A stretch of DNA of 63,741 nucleotides, counting the filler, from Klebsormidium nitens (lineage: Eukaryota > Plantae > Klebsormidiophyceae): the NCBI GenBank assembly GCA_000708835.1. It is 5 parts of 5 records of this genome, joined end to end, with 100 filler letters (N's around TTAATTAATTAA, not from the genome) between each part and the next. Parts side by side here need not be neighbours in the genome. Positions count along the whole stretch, not along the records: positions 1 to 26,970 come from DF237817.1; 4 more parts are not named here. One strand, 5' to 3'. A model generated the notes under the pieces. The model searched no databases, had not been told where the DNA came from, and was given only the letters and a program-made list of their open reading frames with translations. This document shows positions 1 to 11,900 of this stretch, one piece after another. The position numbers and the translations under genes were made by a program. Positions within the stretch are counted from its first letter, which is position 1. The number at the start of each line of letters is the position of its first letter.

Positions 1-771
1 TACCTTGCGATCGTTATGTGCGCATGCATGCCTATATCTAGCTAATATTAGGTATAGTATTAAACTAGCTATATACTAAGTGACAGGCGTGTGCACAGTA
101 GCCGCCATATGTGCACATCACGCGGCCGCGGCGGGGCCCGCGTCAGGGCTGAGTCTGTCACAGCCCGGCACAATCCGCGACTCGATCCGTGGTCGCTAGG
201 ATAATCTTCTAAAATCTCCGACATCCTTTTGTATGCCGGGAATTCCCATTGCACGATCGACGATGGCGAATCTTTGGCAGGCAAATTGCGGTGGATCGAA
301 TATTTTAGCTGGCGCAGGCTTCATTGCGCTAAGGACGTCGATGACTACGACGCGTGAGCAGAGATTACGATTGATGTCGCTGTTGTTCCCGAGATGCATG
401 ATCGAGGTGGAACTAGCTGGCTAGCTCTTGCGGCTTCAGAGCATGCAAGGCACAGTCCCTGCCGGCACCTTGAAAACCACATGCATGCCTTTTGTTATCT
501 AACATCGTATTAAACAAATGCAACGCTGTAGCAGCATGCGCCATGCCATGGCTTCCTAAGCCTGTTGGTTCCTTACAAAGAGATACAAAAAGTTGATGCA
601 TGATCAATCGACCGTCCCATTCAAATTGACCCCTAACTTACCATATACTCGTCATGCCAGAAAGCATCTGCAACAAGACCTTACCAATATGATTCGAACA
701 TGGCAGCGCCGGATTGCTAGCTAACTCTTGTCGATCCATCGAGGACACCATGCACAATAGAAACCGTTCTG

Positions 772-3700
772 TCAGAAGAAGTTCAAGGACTGGCTGCTGA
801 AGGGCTGTGCAGACCTGCCGGTATCCGAAATCCCTGCTGCACTCTGTTTAGGTGAGTCGAAGGCTGAACTCTTTTGTCGATTGAGCTCGTCGAGTGGCCT
901 GCGAGCGGGCTCATCACCAAGCGCGTCAAAGCCGAAGCTGTCGAACCTGAGCACCTTCTGGCTCTCAGCAGGACTTGCACTCTCAACATGGTCATACCCG
1001 TCGCTTGCAGCCGTCCCAGGCTGCTGGAAGAAATCGCTGTTCTGGCCGGCCCCTTCCTGCATACTGCCATCCTCCTCCTCCACTGGCACCGCCAGCGGCA
1101 CTCCCGTCTCCATGCTCTCATTCTGCAATGCCTCCTCGGGCGGGGCGGTCTCCTGAGCGCCTGAGGCCAGCGCGCTGAATTCGTCTCCTAGCACACTAGT
1201 GGCTTTTTCTGCGGGATAGGCCAGGTACACGCCCGTGCTCCAGGTGTGCTCCCCTGCCACAAACGGCGGGGCGCCCCCCTCGGTGGCGGGCCGCAGGAAC
1301 ATGGCCGACAGCAGGTACCCCGGGCTGACGGCCACCACGCGTGCATTCAGGGCCGCCAGGCTCTGCTGCGGCGCGACCCCGGTGAGGGCCACACGCAGGC
1401 GGCCAGGCGGAGCCCCGGGGACAACCGCGGGCACAGTCCAACGAAGCTGGCGCTCCTTCTTGACCCACACGCCGCGTGGTGAGAAGTGCAGGGCTTCCGG
1501 GGAGAAGGGCAGGGAAAGGAGGAAGAGCACGTTGGGCAGCGGGGCCAGCAGTGCGGGATTGGCCACATACTGCAGCAGCACGGCCACGCGCCCCCCAGGC
1601 CTGCGCCGCACAGCTAGATGAAGCCGCATGGGGAGAGGGGTAGCGGCGGCAGTCAGCCGGTACTTGGCGAGGACGAGGGGGCTGGGAGGGCCCGCCCCGA
1701 GTGCAGGCGGGATGGTAGCATGGAACACGCCGGGGCCCACTCGCGTAGTGGTTTGCTTGTTGACTGCAACAGTCTTCACCCCTGCCGCCCCATCCAGGCG
1801 GAAAGCCAGCTGCAGCGCCTCCTCGGACGTCGCTGCCATCTTGCGGGGGGGCGCTTGCAGCCGCAGCTCCCCCTGGAGGCCGGCCCTGCGCAGTGCGGCC
1901 CCATGGAACTCGGCGTGCACCGCCTCCGCCACCCACAGCACCGCCGCCCGTGTTGCCGCCCCGCTGCCACTGCTGCCAGCAGCCCCAGCAGGTAGGCCCG
2001 CTACTGTTCCGTTCTCTGTGGCGGGGCCCTTTTGCCTAACTTCTGCCGCAGTCCACTCCCCTCCAATGGCCGGTCCCGTGCTGGCTGCGAGGGCCAGCGC
2101 CAGCGCGTCTCCACTAGCCGCCGCATCGGGCCCAGGAGCGGCGCTTTCTTCGAGAGCCAGCCCGTCAAAACCCCCTCCAAACGCTTCCTCCCCAAAGCCA
2201 GCCACCAGTTGGTCACCCCCAAATGCATCTTCGCCTGCTTCAAAGTCCTGAAAGCCGGCCGCATCCTCCGCCCCAAAGCCTGGCCCGCCTTCCCCCCCGT
2301 CCAAAGTTGCTAGCCCCGCCGAGAGTTCTGCCAGCGCGGCCACACTGTCTGTTGAGCCTACGGCGCGAGTGAAGCCCGCGCTGAAGTCGTCGCCCTTGGC
2401 AGCCGGCAGTGCAAAGGGGTCGCGCGGCTCCTCAGGCGCCGCCTCCGGGCCCGGCGCTGCAGCAGGGGCGTCGTCCTTGCGAGGCGCCACACCCTGCGCT
2501 TCCATGACCGCATCGCCCGCTTGCAGCAGCGCTTCAGGCAGCTCGAATGAGGTGTGGGCCAGCACCTGCAAGGCACGTCAGAAAGACCAAGGAAGCTTCA
2601 TGGCAAGTGGAAAGACATAAGAGGGAACACTTAGTATCAACCTCCAAGCTCGCTCTGCATCTGAAGCCAACAGTGCCAACTAACACCCTAGGACAGCACA
2701 GTAGTCTTGCATTGCTGATGCCACATGGCCACTGCACTGCTGCCCCTGTTGCGCTGGCCTCGTTTGCGAGGGCGTAGGCGCCCACCAGCTGGAACCGCGC
2801 GCCTCACCTGAGCTGTGCTGACCCGCTCCAGCGGGCCTTGCCGAGCGGTGCCCCAAGTGTCGGCACCACGTGCCTGCACCTCTGCCAAGCTGGCAGCCCC
2901 CGCATCTGTGGTGGCATTGCCCCCGGCCGCCACAATTGCTGCTGCAGCGGTGCCGGCATTGCCCAGCGCCGACATGAGGTTGCTCAGCTGGGTGGAGCTG
3001 GCGCCATGCAGGATGGCATCCAGAGCAAGGTACACCTGACAGACCGCAAAAAACAATTATTGAATGAAGGAACCAACATACCACCGCCCGGGCAGACCGT
3101 GTGACTCTCAAATACTACAAGTAGGATGATGCCCCTTCTGGCAACATGCAGGATGGCATCCCAGAACAGTAGAAGCGGGGCAACGCACAAGTAGCGTTCG
3201 ACACCGAACTCCATATGGGATGTAGGCTTGACACACGTCTTCACCTCAGCATACTTGCGGTTGACTTTCTCGGCCGTCACATCCACTCCGCGGCAGGCAG
3301 CCACCAGGATGCTGCAGACAGAGATGGGGCAGGTCAGAACTGACAAAGAAGCTTGATAACAGCAAGCACACGTCGGTCATTGCAAGTCAACAGCTGAAGT
3401 TCTTACACCCCACCTGTGGGGACGCTGCTCCTTCGAGTCACTGTGGCGCAACTCCGAAGAGGTCATGATACAAGAAAATATGCGATAGCGCAGGAGAGTC
3501 TCGTCTCAGGAAAACCACCCCGAGCTGGCCCCCAAGCCTGGCTTGGGATGCTCCCCAGCTGCGTCTGGGGCACATACCTGACTGCCTGGTTGACGGTGCT
3601 GGTGCAGTCAAAAACGTTGTTAGAGCAGTCATCCTGGTCCGCACTGCTGATGCCCAGCACGTACACCGAGTTGACAAGACGGTACACCACGCGGAACCTG

Positions 3701-4505
3701 CAACACCAGCAAACAGTAGGCACCCCATCAAGTCAATGCAGGAAACACACATGCAGACGAACAAGAGACAACCTCCACATGGGAAACAAGCAGAAATTGA
3801 TTATACATGGTACTGTCATCAACTGGGATATGAGAAGGGTGAATGCTGCAACGTCGATATTGAAGGCCGCAGAGAGAGAGAGAGTTGGCAACTGACTTGC
3901 CCAACACTTACTTGCTGTCTTCTCCCACGACCACTTGCCCACTCGATGCTGTGAGCGCATCATCCCCAACGCTGAGTGGAACAAAGTAGCCTCCAGTTAG
4001 AGGCAGGTGCTCATCGGCCAAGTGCAGTGTCAGACACAGGCAAGATCCCCATGGAAGTAGAAAGGTTTCAGCATAATCATGTCAGCAAGTTTCTCTCCAA
4101 TTGCTACCTCTCTCTTGATGCTTCAAAATAGTCTCCTGAGCAGAGCGTTTCTCACATGTCCGTGTTTGCTGAACTTGCTGCAGTGTCAAAGGCTTCTCTA
4201 GTTGCTTGAAAGCTGTAGGACGCCGCAGCGGCACGTGCTGGAGGAAACCACTCTCGCCTGCAACTCCAGAGGGGAACAGGCATTGATGACCTGGGATAGG
4301 GTCAGAGAGGGCGGACGTTGTGCCAATTGCCGTTGATCACCAGAGCATGCAAACAAAAGCAATCTCAGAGGAGGAAACAAGCACCTGACGAAAGATCGAT
4401 AGGGCATTGGTCCGATATCCCAAAGGAAAATGTGTTTGTCACTTACGTTTGCAAGAGGATGTCAGGACCCCGAAGCGGCTGTATTGACAATGCTAAGCAA
4501 GCCAT
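772..4505 (-). CDS. TML: TPLATE complex muniscin-like subunit (N-terminal longin-like domain, DPF/acidic linker, C-terminal mu-homology domain); multi-exon
   Basis: Spliced exons read MACLALSIQPLRGPDILLQT|REWFPPARA (4505-4447, 4257-), GDDALTASSGQVVVGEDSK, FRVVYRLVNSVYVLG, ACRGVDVTAEKVNRKYAE|VYLALDAILHG. These closely match the plant TML N-terminus as I recall it. The large last exon (about 2571-772) has RDPF and FGGGFD motifs and an MHD ending GVYL. Confidence 0.9.
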
Positions 4506-5937
4506 GATCAGCAGGCTTCTTTGGCGCGATCACTATCTTGGGGAGGAATGCAGCTAGTGAATCTAGAATTAGAGCTGCCCAATGGTCAACGAATCTGAAC
4601 TAGAACTCAGTGCGTTCCTGCCTCCAAAGGAACAACCTATTGATGCAGAATTGTTAGCTTAGAATCAATTGTTAGCTTATGGTCCGCTTCCTGCCCCAAT
4701 TAGCCCTAGGGCGCCTAATGGTGTGTAGCAGCTTCCTGCCTCGAGCGCAGGACGTCCTGGCCCAAGCCTGGCCCACCGGGGCGCCTACCGTACTGTAGAT
4801 ACGGTACGCCAACGGTACACTGCAAGAATCCGCTCCATGGAAGTCGAGACAACACCTTGGTCACAAACCGAAATGTGAATGACTCCTCGCAATGTATTTG
4901 GTACACCACAACAAACATTTGTCACGCAAATTCACACCGCTATAGCGCAAAAACTCATTTTCGCCGTTCTTGGTACCGTAGCAGGTAGCTTGTTGGAACC
5001 CTCAAGGCTAAAGAAGTTTTGCGGCCTGAGGCCAGAGGGCGCAGACGCCCAGCCAGAAAACCTACGGCTTGTAACGTCCAGTAGCGAGCAGACCGTATGG
5101 GCCTCCACCGCGGGCGCGTCCACGAAATTTTGCACACGTCTTATATGGCCTGTTGGCTACCATTTCCACCCATTTTCGGGTCGGCGCATCCGGTGGAGCC
5201 CTCAGTGTCAAGGACGAAGTGAACCTATGTCTGAAATTCACAGCTATATAAAATGGAAATTCGGGCATTAAAAAGGACCGGCCGAATGACACCCAATGAT
5301 GGCGGAAACTTGTACTTAAAGAACGTTTTGGGACATTTTGGGACCTAGCCAAGTCGTTTTGACCTTGTGAGCGGTTTGGATATGATGATTCCGCCTGCTT
5401 ACAATTTTGCTCGCGCCAACATTTTGGCTGCCGTCTGCGCCCGAGTCTGCCTGAGGCTGCAGTCTGCTACTCCCGCCAAAACCCTTGCAAGGACTCGCCG
5501 GAGTGCTTGCCATGATCATGATGGCATTGGCATTGTTTTCCAGCTGTAGCTGTGCCAACGGTGGAGTTCGGGTTCCTCCTCCAATGCAATGCCTACCACC
5601 CATGGAAGCTGAAGTCAGGATCGGTTGCTTCTTTCCTCCTCCTCCTTGGATATGTCTCACCCCTTTGATCCAAATTCAACTTGGAGTTCCGACAATTCGC
5701 AAGGTCGTTCTGGGTTGTTTTCTGGTGAGCAGGGTAATGGTCAGGGTCCACGCAAGCATTGCACCTTCGAAAGGTTGATCGATGGTGGCCACCAAGAACA
5801 AGGAGCAGGAATGGTTACAATCTCAGATGATTCAGCGGTTGTTGAGTGCATCGCGATCCGCATCTACTTCGTGGATCACTTTGTGCCGCTGTGGGGAGGT
5901 TGATGGTCACCCACTTGCGTCGTGAGGACAGAAGTAC

Positions 5938-8900
5938 ATGGAATTTGTCAGTGGCGGAATGGACGCCTACCACCAGGCCCTAAAGGCCCTTGCGCTGGCC
6001 CCTCCTCTCAACAAGCCATCTGAGCTTGACCGCATTGAGCCGCTGTTTGGCCAGGGTAGTTCGGGCGGTTCAGGTGTTAGCCGCAGCGATGGGAAGAAGA
6101 GCCGGGCAAGGAAGGGCACAGGACGGGGAAGCAAGAGCAAGAAGCACAAGGGGAAGGCAGGGCCTGGTGCCGAAGCAAGCGTGCAGACATTCTGGGCGCA
6201 GGTGGGAGGCGCTTTCTGAAGTCCTTGAAATTTCGCCTCCACAAATGTTCCTGAAGTGGCCACTTATTAGCAAGCACTGCCCAATGACAGCCTTTTCTAT
6301 CTTTGTAGTAGTGGCGACACGACTGGTCTGGTCTTTGAAAACGGTATTTGCTCATCAGGTGCTGATACATTGGAGTCAGAAGAGAGTCTGTGATACTGAG
6401 CGCCTTGAAACCTGAGAAGGATTAGAGAAGCGGTGTAGAATGCTTTTTCTTCATCTTCCAATTGCAGCACAAGAAACTCTGCCCCTTTTTTGCCACCCAT
6501 CTCAAGCGTGGCAGAGAGCTGCCAGGTGAATCAGTCTCAGCAGATTCTGAGGGCCGTTTATTGCTGCATCATTAGACCTGAAGACACCACGTGGCAAGAT
6601 TTTATATTTTTCTATCCTGTTGGGCAAGGTTGATCAGGTACTGAGCAGGTTTACTTTGAGACGCTTTATGGTTTTGACACAGGTCCAAAAGAAGGGCTTG
6701 CTGATTGTTGTTGTCTCTCAACAGAATTGTTGAAGGTGCTGGTTGAAGGAGCTCGCCCCTTGCTTTATTTGGTGCAGGTTGAGGACTACTTCCGGGACGT
6801 GCGCGATGCTGATGTGCAGCTGTTGGCGCCGCGGCCGCCTTTGGAGCAGGACCCGCAGCTGGCTGTGCCGCGGCTCGGGCGGCCGTATTGGCAGGTGTGG
6901 CAGGAGGAGGACGTAGCCCAGCAGCGCTCCAGCAGTGCCGCCCAGCAGAAACAGTCTGCCACAGTGGCCAAGCAGAAGCTGCTGTCAGCCAGCCCTGTGA
7001 GCAAGGCCAAGAAACGGCCTGCAACCGAGACATCCTCTGCCCCGCTCGTCACCTCAGTGGTAAGGCACAATCAGTCCAGGGAGCCTGTCTCGTGCATCCC
7101 GCCATTGTGGCACAAATGAAGCGCATGCGCCTCACGGAGAAAATATCAGAGCCCTGGGCCAGGCACGAATCAAGCATGCCTACGATGTGCTCTTCAAGAC
7201 ATGCGCTGTCTAGTGTGAGTTGCCTCGTATTGTGCCAGTATCACAATTGCCCAGTTCAAGATATGCCGCTTATCTTGTCCCATTGTATCTTTTCTGCAGC
7301 TGTCACCGTTACTTGACGAGAATGATGAGCCCTGCGATGTCTGCTATGAAGGTGATTCCGATGAGCTGAACGAGATTCTGTTCTGCGATGGCTGCGACGT
7401 TGCGGTGCACCAGAACTGCTATGGGGTGGCCACGGTCCCTCGCGGAGAGGAGCCATGGTTTTGCCTGCGCTGCAGTGCGCCGGACCCGAACGCCCTCTCC
7501 TGTGTGCTGTGCCCGCATAAGAAGGGGGCCATGAAACCGGTGGCTGTCGAGGGGGGTCCCCCTGTGGGCCAGCACGCGCACCTCTTCTGTGCCCAGTGGG
7601 TTCCTGAGACGTACATCCGGGAGGGGGATGGGGCAGTCATGAACGTGGGCGGGGTGCTCAAGGAGCGCTATAAGCTGACATGCGTACTGTGCAAGGTCAA
7701 GCAGGGGGTCTGCATCCAGTGCAGCCACGGTGAGGCACCGCCTCCTGCGATGAGGGGGGCCAGAGCTGCATTCCAGCCCAGGACGGCACAGGCTGTCGCT
7801 GAGTGGTCTCCTTGCTCTTGGACACTGATGTGTGCACCTCCTTTGTTGTCAGATGTAAGCTGCTTAACTGCATGCAGGTCATGAGGGCGTGGCTGTGTTT
7901 GGCAGCAAACACTTCTCATTGCAGTGTCGCATGATTATACAGCTTGATGAGAAGAAAAAGAGAAGGCGATTGCAGTGCCCCGAAGAAAAGTGTCCGTGGT
8001 GGCCTTTTATTTTGTGCTCACAGAGTCATTTAGTCCACTTGTGTCGGCCCTGCAGGTCAGTGTGCTGTGGCGTTTCATCCCCTGTGTGCGCGGGCCAATA
8101 AGCTTCAGATGGAGATTGCAAGCAGGGAGGATTCGGAAGAGGTGTGTCTCAGCCTGGGCTCCACTTGATGAGGCAGGGCAAGCATGGAGCTCCTGGTTGT
8201 CTGATCAATGTAAACAGTGCCCGGCATGCGAACAGCTATTGGCTGTGTAACCTAGCAGTTTTCCAACGTGAGCCGTTTCTGAGCCTGGCAGATGCACACG
8301 AGGTCAAGTTAAGGACTGCCCTCCATGAGAAGTTTCTTTGCTCGGCACTCCGCCTTGTTCCGTCCCACTAGCCACCAGAAAGCATCACCATGCAAGCTCA
8401 AAACCTACTTTCACTGACTCAGATGCGGCCATCCTCTCCTGTAAAAATCCACAAGGGGTAGGTTCAAGCCTTGTATCTCAGAAGCAGGTGCCTTCTGGCT
8501 TTCCTTGTGGGTCTGATAGAGATCTGTATCTGCCTTATCAGAGGAAGCCTTGTCACGCTGTACAGGCGGTACTGTTGAGTGCGCTCTTTTCCTGCCACTC
8601 CTTGTAGTAGTGCACTGCGAGGGCGGCTTGCCCTGATTGCCTCCGCTGGTTGCTACTACGGGCTGCGTTTTGAAAGCTGCGCAATTTTGCTCCTTTTTTC
8701 CAGGTTGAGCTACGCGCTTTTTGTGCCAAGCATTCAAAAGAGCGGCCCGCCCACGTGCTTGACCTGAACCCTCCCCCGGAGCCCCAAGAGGGGCTGCTTC
8801 CCCCGCCAGGAGCGGCCACCAGCGGCCCAGAGACGGACTTGAAGCAACAGGCGGGAGCAGGGCCAGGCAGAGCGCCATTGGGGGAGGCGGCTCAGAGTGG

Positions 8901-11900
8901 CTGGACAACTCGCAAGGATGCGATCCCCCCAGGAGCATTGCTGCCCAGCTTTGACAGTGCGGGGAATGAGGAGGCAGCCGGATTCAGGCCAGCGCAGGAC
9001 TGGGCCTCCACTCCTTCAGCAATTAAGGGCAGACCTCTACAGTTGCGCGGCGGGGCGCCTGAGGGGGACGAGACTGAGGATGAAGGGGACGATGAGGACA
9101 TGGCGGGGCTGCCCAGTCCTGTGGAGGGGGGGCTGGCACGCGAATTGGCAACCGACTCCGAGGCTGAGGACGGGGAGGGCAGCGACGATGATGACGAGTA
9201 CGCAGGGCTTGGTGAGGACCCTGGGGGAGTGGCAGACAGAGGGGCCGCAGCAGAGGCACTGCTGCCGGCGGGACCGCTGAACACATTTGAGCTGTCGGTG
9301 CTGGCCCCCGAGGAGCGGCGATACCTGAGCGCGGCAGAGCAGGCGCAGGTGGACAACCTGCTGGCGTGCCTGGACTCCACGGTGCTCATCGAGCTGGCCA
9401 AGGGGGTCATGGCACAGCTCAACATTACGCAGACGGCGCTGGCGCACATGGCGCAGGTGTCGCAGAGCATCCTCTCCTACTGGCTGCACGGCCGCAACCG
9501 ACCTTCGCAGGAGGCCATCAACGTGAAGATGCGCGCCTTCCTGCGCGGCTATTGCATCGCCACCGAGGTGCCTGCCGAGACTGATGACGACGTCGGCACC
9601 TCGTTCGTGGCAGAGGGGCAGTTGCCGTACTACGATGTGGAGGGATACTACCCTCAGGCGGGTTACGCGGTCCTGGAGCAGGACGGGGTGAACAGCCATG
9701 GGGGAGTGAACGGGGGCCCTGCTGGGGGGGCCTACGAGGGGGTGAGTGAGGGGTCGGAGCTGCTGCACCACCTGGCGGCACGCACTGCCGCTAGCACAGG
9801 GCGCGCGCTACACCACCAGGCTGCACCAGGGGCGGCCTCAGGTCGAGGGGAGGGGGGCCCAACAGGGCCAGAGGAGGACGGGGAGCGCTGGACCTGCAGG
9901 CAGGGAGAGCAGGACAGCAGCAGCAAGGCGGTGGGAGGCGACAGGGAGGAGCAATGGAGGGGGGAGCAGGCAGGAACGGAGCCAGATGGCACGAGTAGCC
10001 GAGCGGGCGCGGCAAGAAAGGCATTGAGAAGCCAGAGGAGGCGGGGAGGGGGGGCAGGTGGCTGGGGTGGAGCAGGGGCCCGACCGGGGGCCGATGCACT
10101 GAGCAGCATACAGCAGAGCGAAGATCATACGGTGGGGCCCATTCTGCAGGAGCATTCGGCATCAATACAGCTGGACCACGAGAGAAACGGAGGCCAGGCT
10201 CAAGAGACGACTGCAGGGCCGAGCTCGGCGCAGCTGCCCCCGGAGAAGCGGCCTGCCGTACCCCCTACCCCGGCCCCTGGACCTCCTGCGGCTGAGGCTG
10301 CTCCGCAGAGTGGGGCGGTGGGCCAGGCCCTCAACGTAACCCCCACCGCTGAGCACGGCATCAGCAGCAGGGTGCGCGGAGCCGCCCGCACCAGTGCTCT
10401 GCGGGCCGCCGCCTCCATGGCTGCGGCAGCAGGGGCAACGGCTGGCCAGGCTGGCCAGCGAGGGGTGTCGGGGCAGAAAAGAGGTGTGCCCCCCCTCGGG
10501 CTGAGCGAGCCGGAGGAGGTGCACGCGTACACACTTGCTTTGGCAGACCCGGGGGGTGCAGGGCGCAAGAGCAATGATGGTGGCAGGGCTCGGGAACCTG
10601 GGGAGCAAGGGGCTGCAGGAAGTGGTGCCGGGCCAGCAAGAGGTGAGGCTGGAAGATACCTTGGAAGGAGAATGTGGGGTCCATACTTCAATGCTGGAAC
10701 CCCACACTGCTTTGCACTCGGCGCCCGCAACTCATATGGTGTTGTACTATTGGGCATCACTCGGTGGCTTTTCCTTGTTTCCGGGAACACAAGTCACGTC
10801 TGCATGTTCGGTATAACGAGCATTCGGTGGTTGTTCGATGGGTCAGTTACAAGCTCAAGTCTTGTAGTGCGTACCATGGAGTTCTACTTGATCTACACGT
10901 GGCAGGGCTAGCTGTCAGCTGCTGGCGCACCGAGTACCAATCGTTTTGGGGGTCAAAGTGAAAGCAGAGTCCATGTTCTCTTTCCATCCGTTCCCTCAGG
11001 AAGCTGCTGCTTGTTTTTAGACGAGGATATCCGCTTCCAGTTCTTCTGTGTGCTCATCGGGCATGGCTGCTGGCCTTGCCCGTCCTTTCCGCTGCTGCAC
11101 CCGTATGCAGGCCCGGCGCTGGGCCAGGCCCTCAGGGCTGTGCTGCCTGGCTCGAGTCTCCCTTTAGAACAGTGGACCCGCTCTGATAGCCTCACACCTC
11201 TGCTGGCCCCCCCTGCAGGCACACCGGGCACGCCCAATGGGGTCAGCCCAATGGGAAATGTGGCGGCGGGCGAGCTGTCAGTGGCGTGGCAGGAGGCGCA
11301 GCTGGCGGCCGCCCGGCCGCTGCTGGGGCAGGCCCCCGAGGACGAGGTGGTGGGCGAGCTGTACGCGCAGCAGGCCGCCCTCTTGGCGCAGCTGGCGGCC
11401 AACGGCGCCCGCGCGGCACGACTGCTGCAGCAGCTGCTCCCGTGGCTGCCGGCGCAGCTGCGTGGTGCGCGCGTACGCGGGGAGCAGGCGCGTCTGGTGG
11501 ACCTGTACCTGGCGGCGGAGAAGGAGGCCAAGAAGCACGACCGCAAGCTCAAGAAGGACAAAGAGGCGGCCGCGCTGCTCGCAGCAGCCACCGCCGCCGC
11601 TGCCGCCTCGCCCCGCAACTCGCACCTGCGCAGGGAGGGCTCATTTGGGGGAACTCCGGGCGGGTCTCCGGGGGCGTGGGAGGCCGGTGCCAGTGCGGCG
11701 GGGCCCACCAGCGGAGGCATGGCAGCACCTCCGCAACAGATGGATCTGGCGCGTGCGGCAGCTGCAGGGGCGGCGGCGATTGCCAGTGGCAAACCGCCCA
11801 AAGCCCCCGGGTCCGGGCCGCGCAGTGGCGGGCCCAGCAAGCCCCGTGTGCGGCAGAAAGGGCTGGGCGGGACAGCAGTGCAGGCAGGGCGGCCGGCTGG

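Noticed and set aside
5367-5903. Several short ORFs upstream of the PZP gene (one with a signal-peptide-like start)
   Set aside because: They overlap in different frames with no recognisable domain or codon bias. They could be 5' UTR uORFs but are unsupported.
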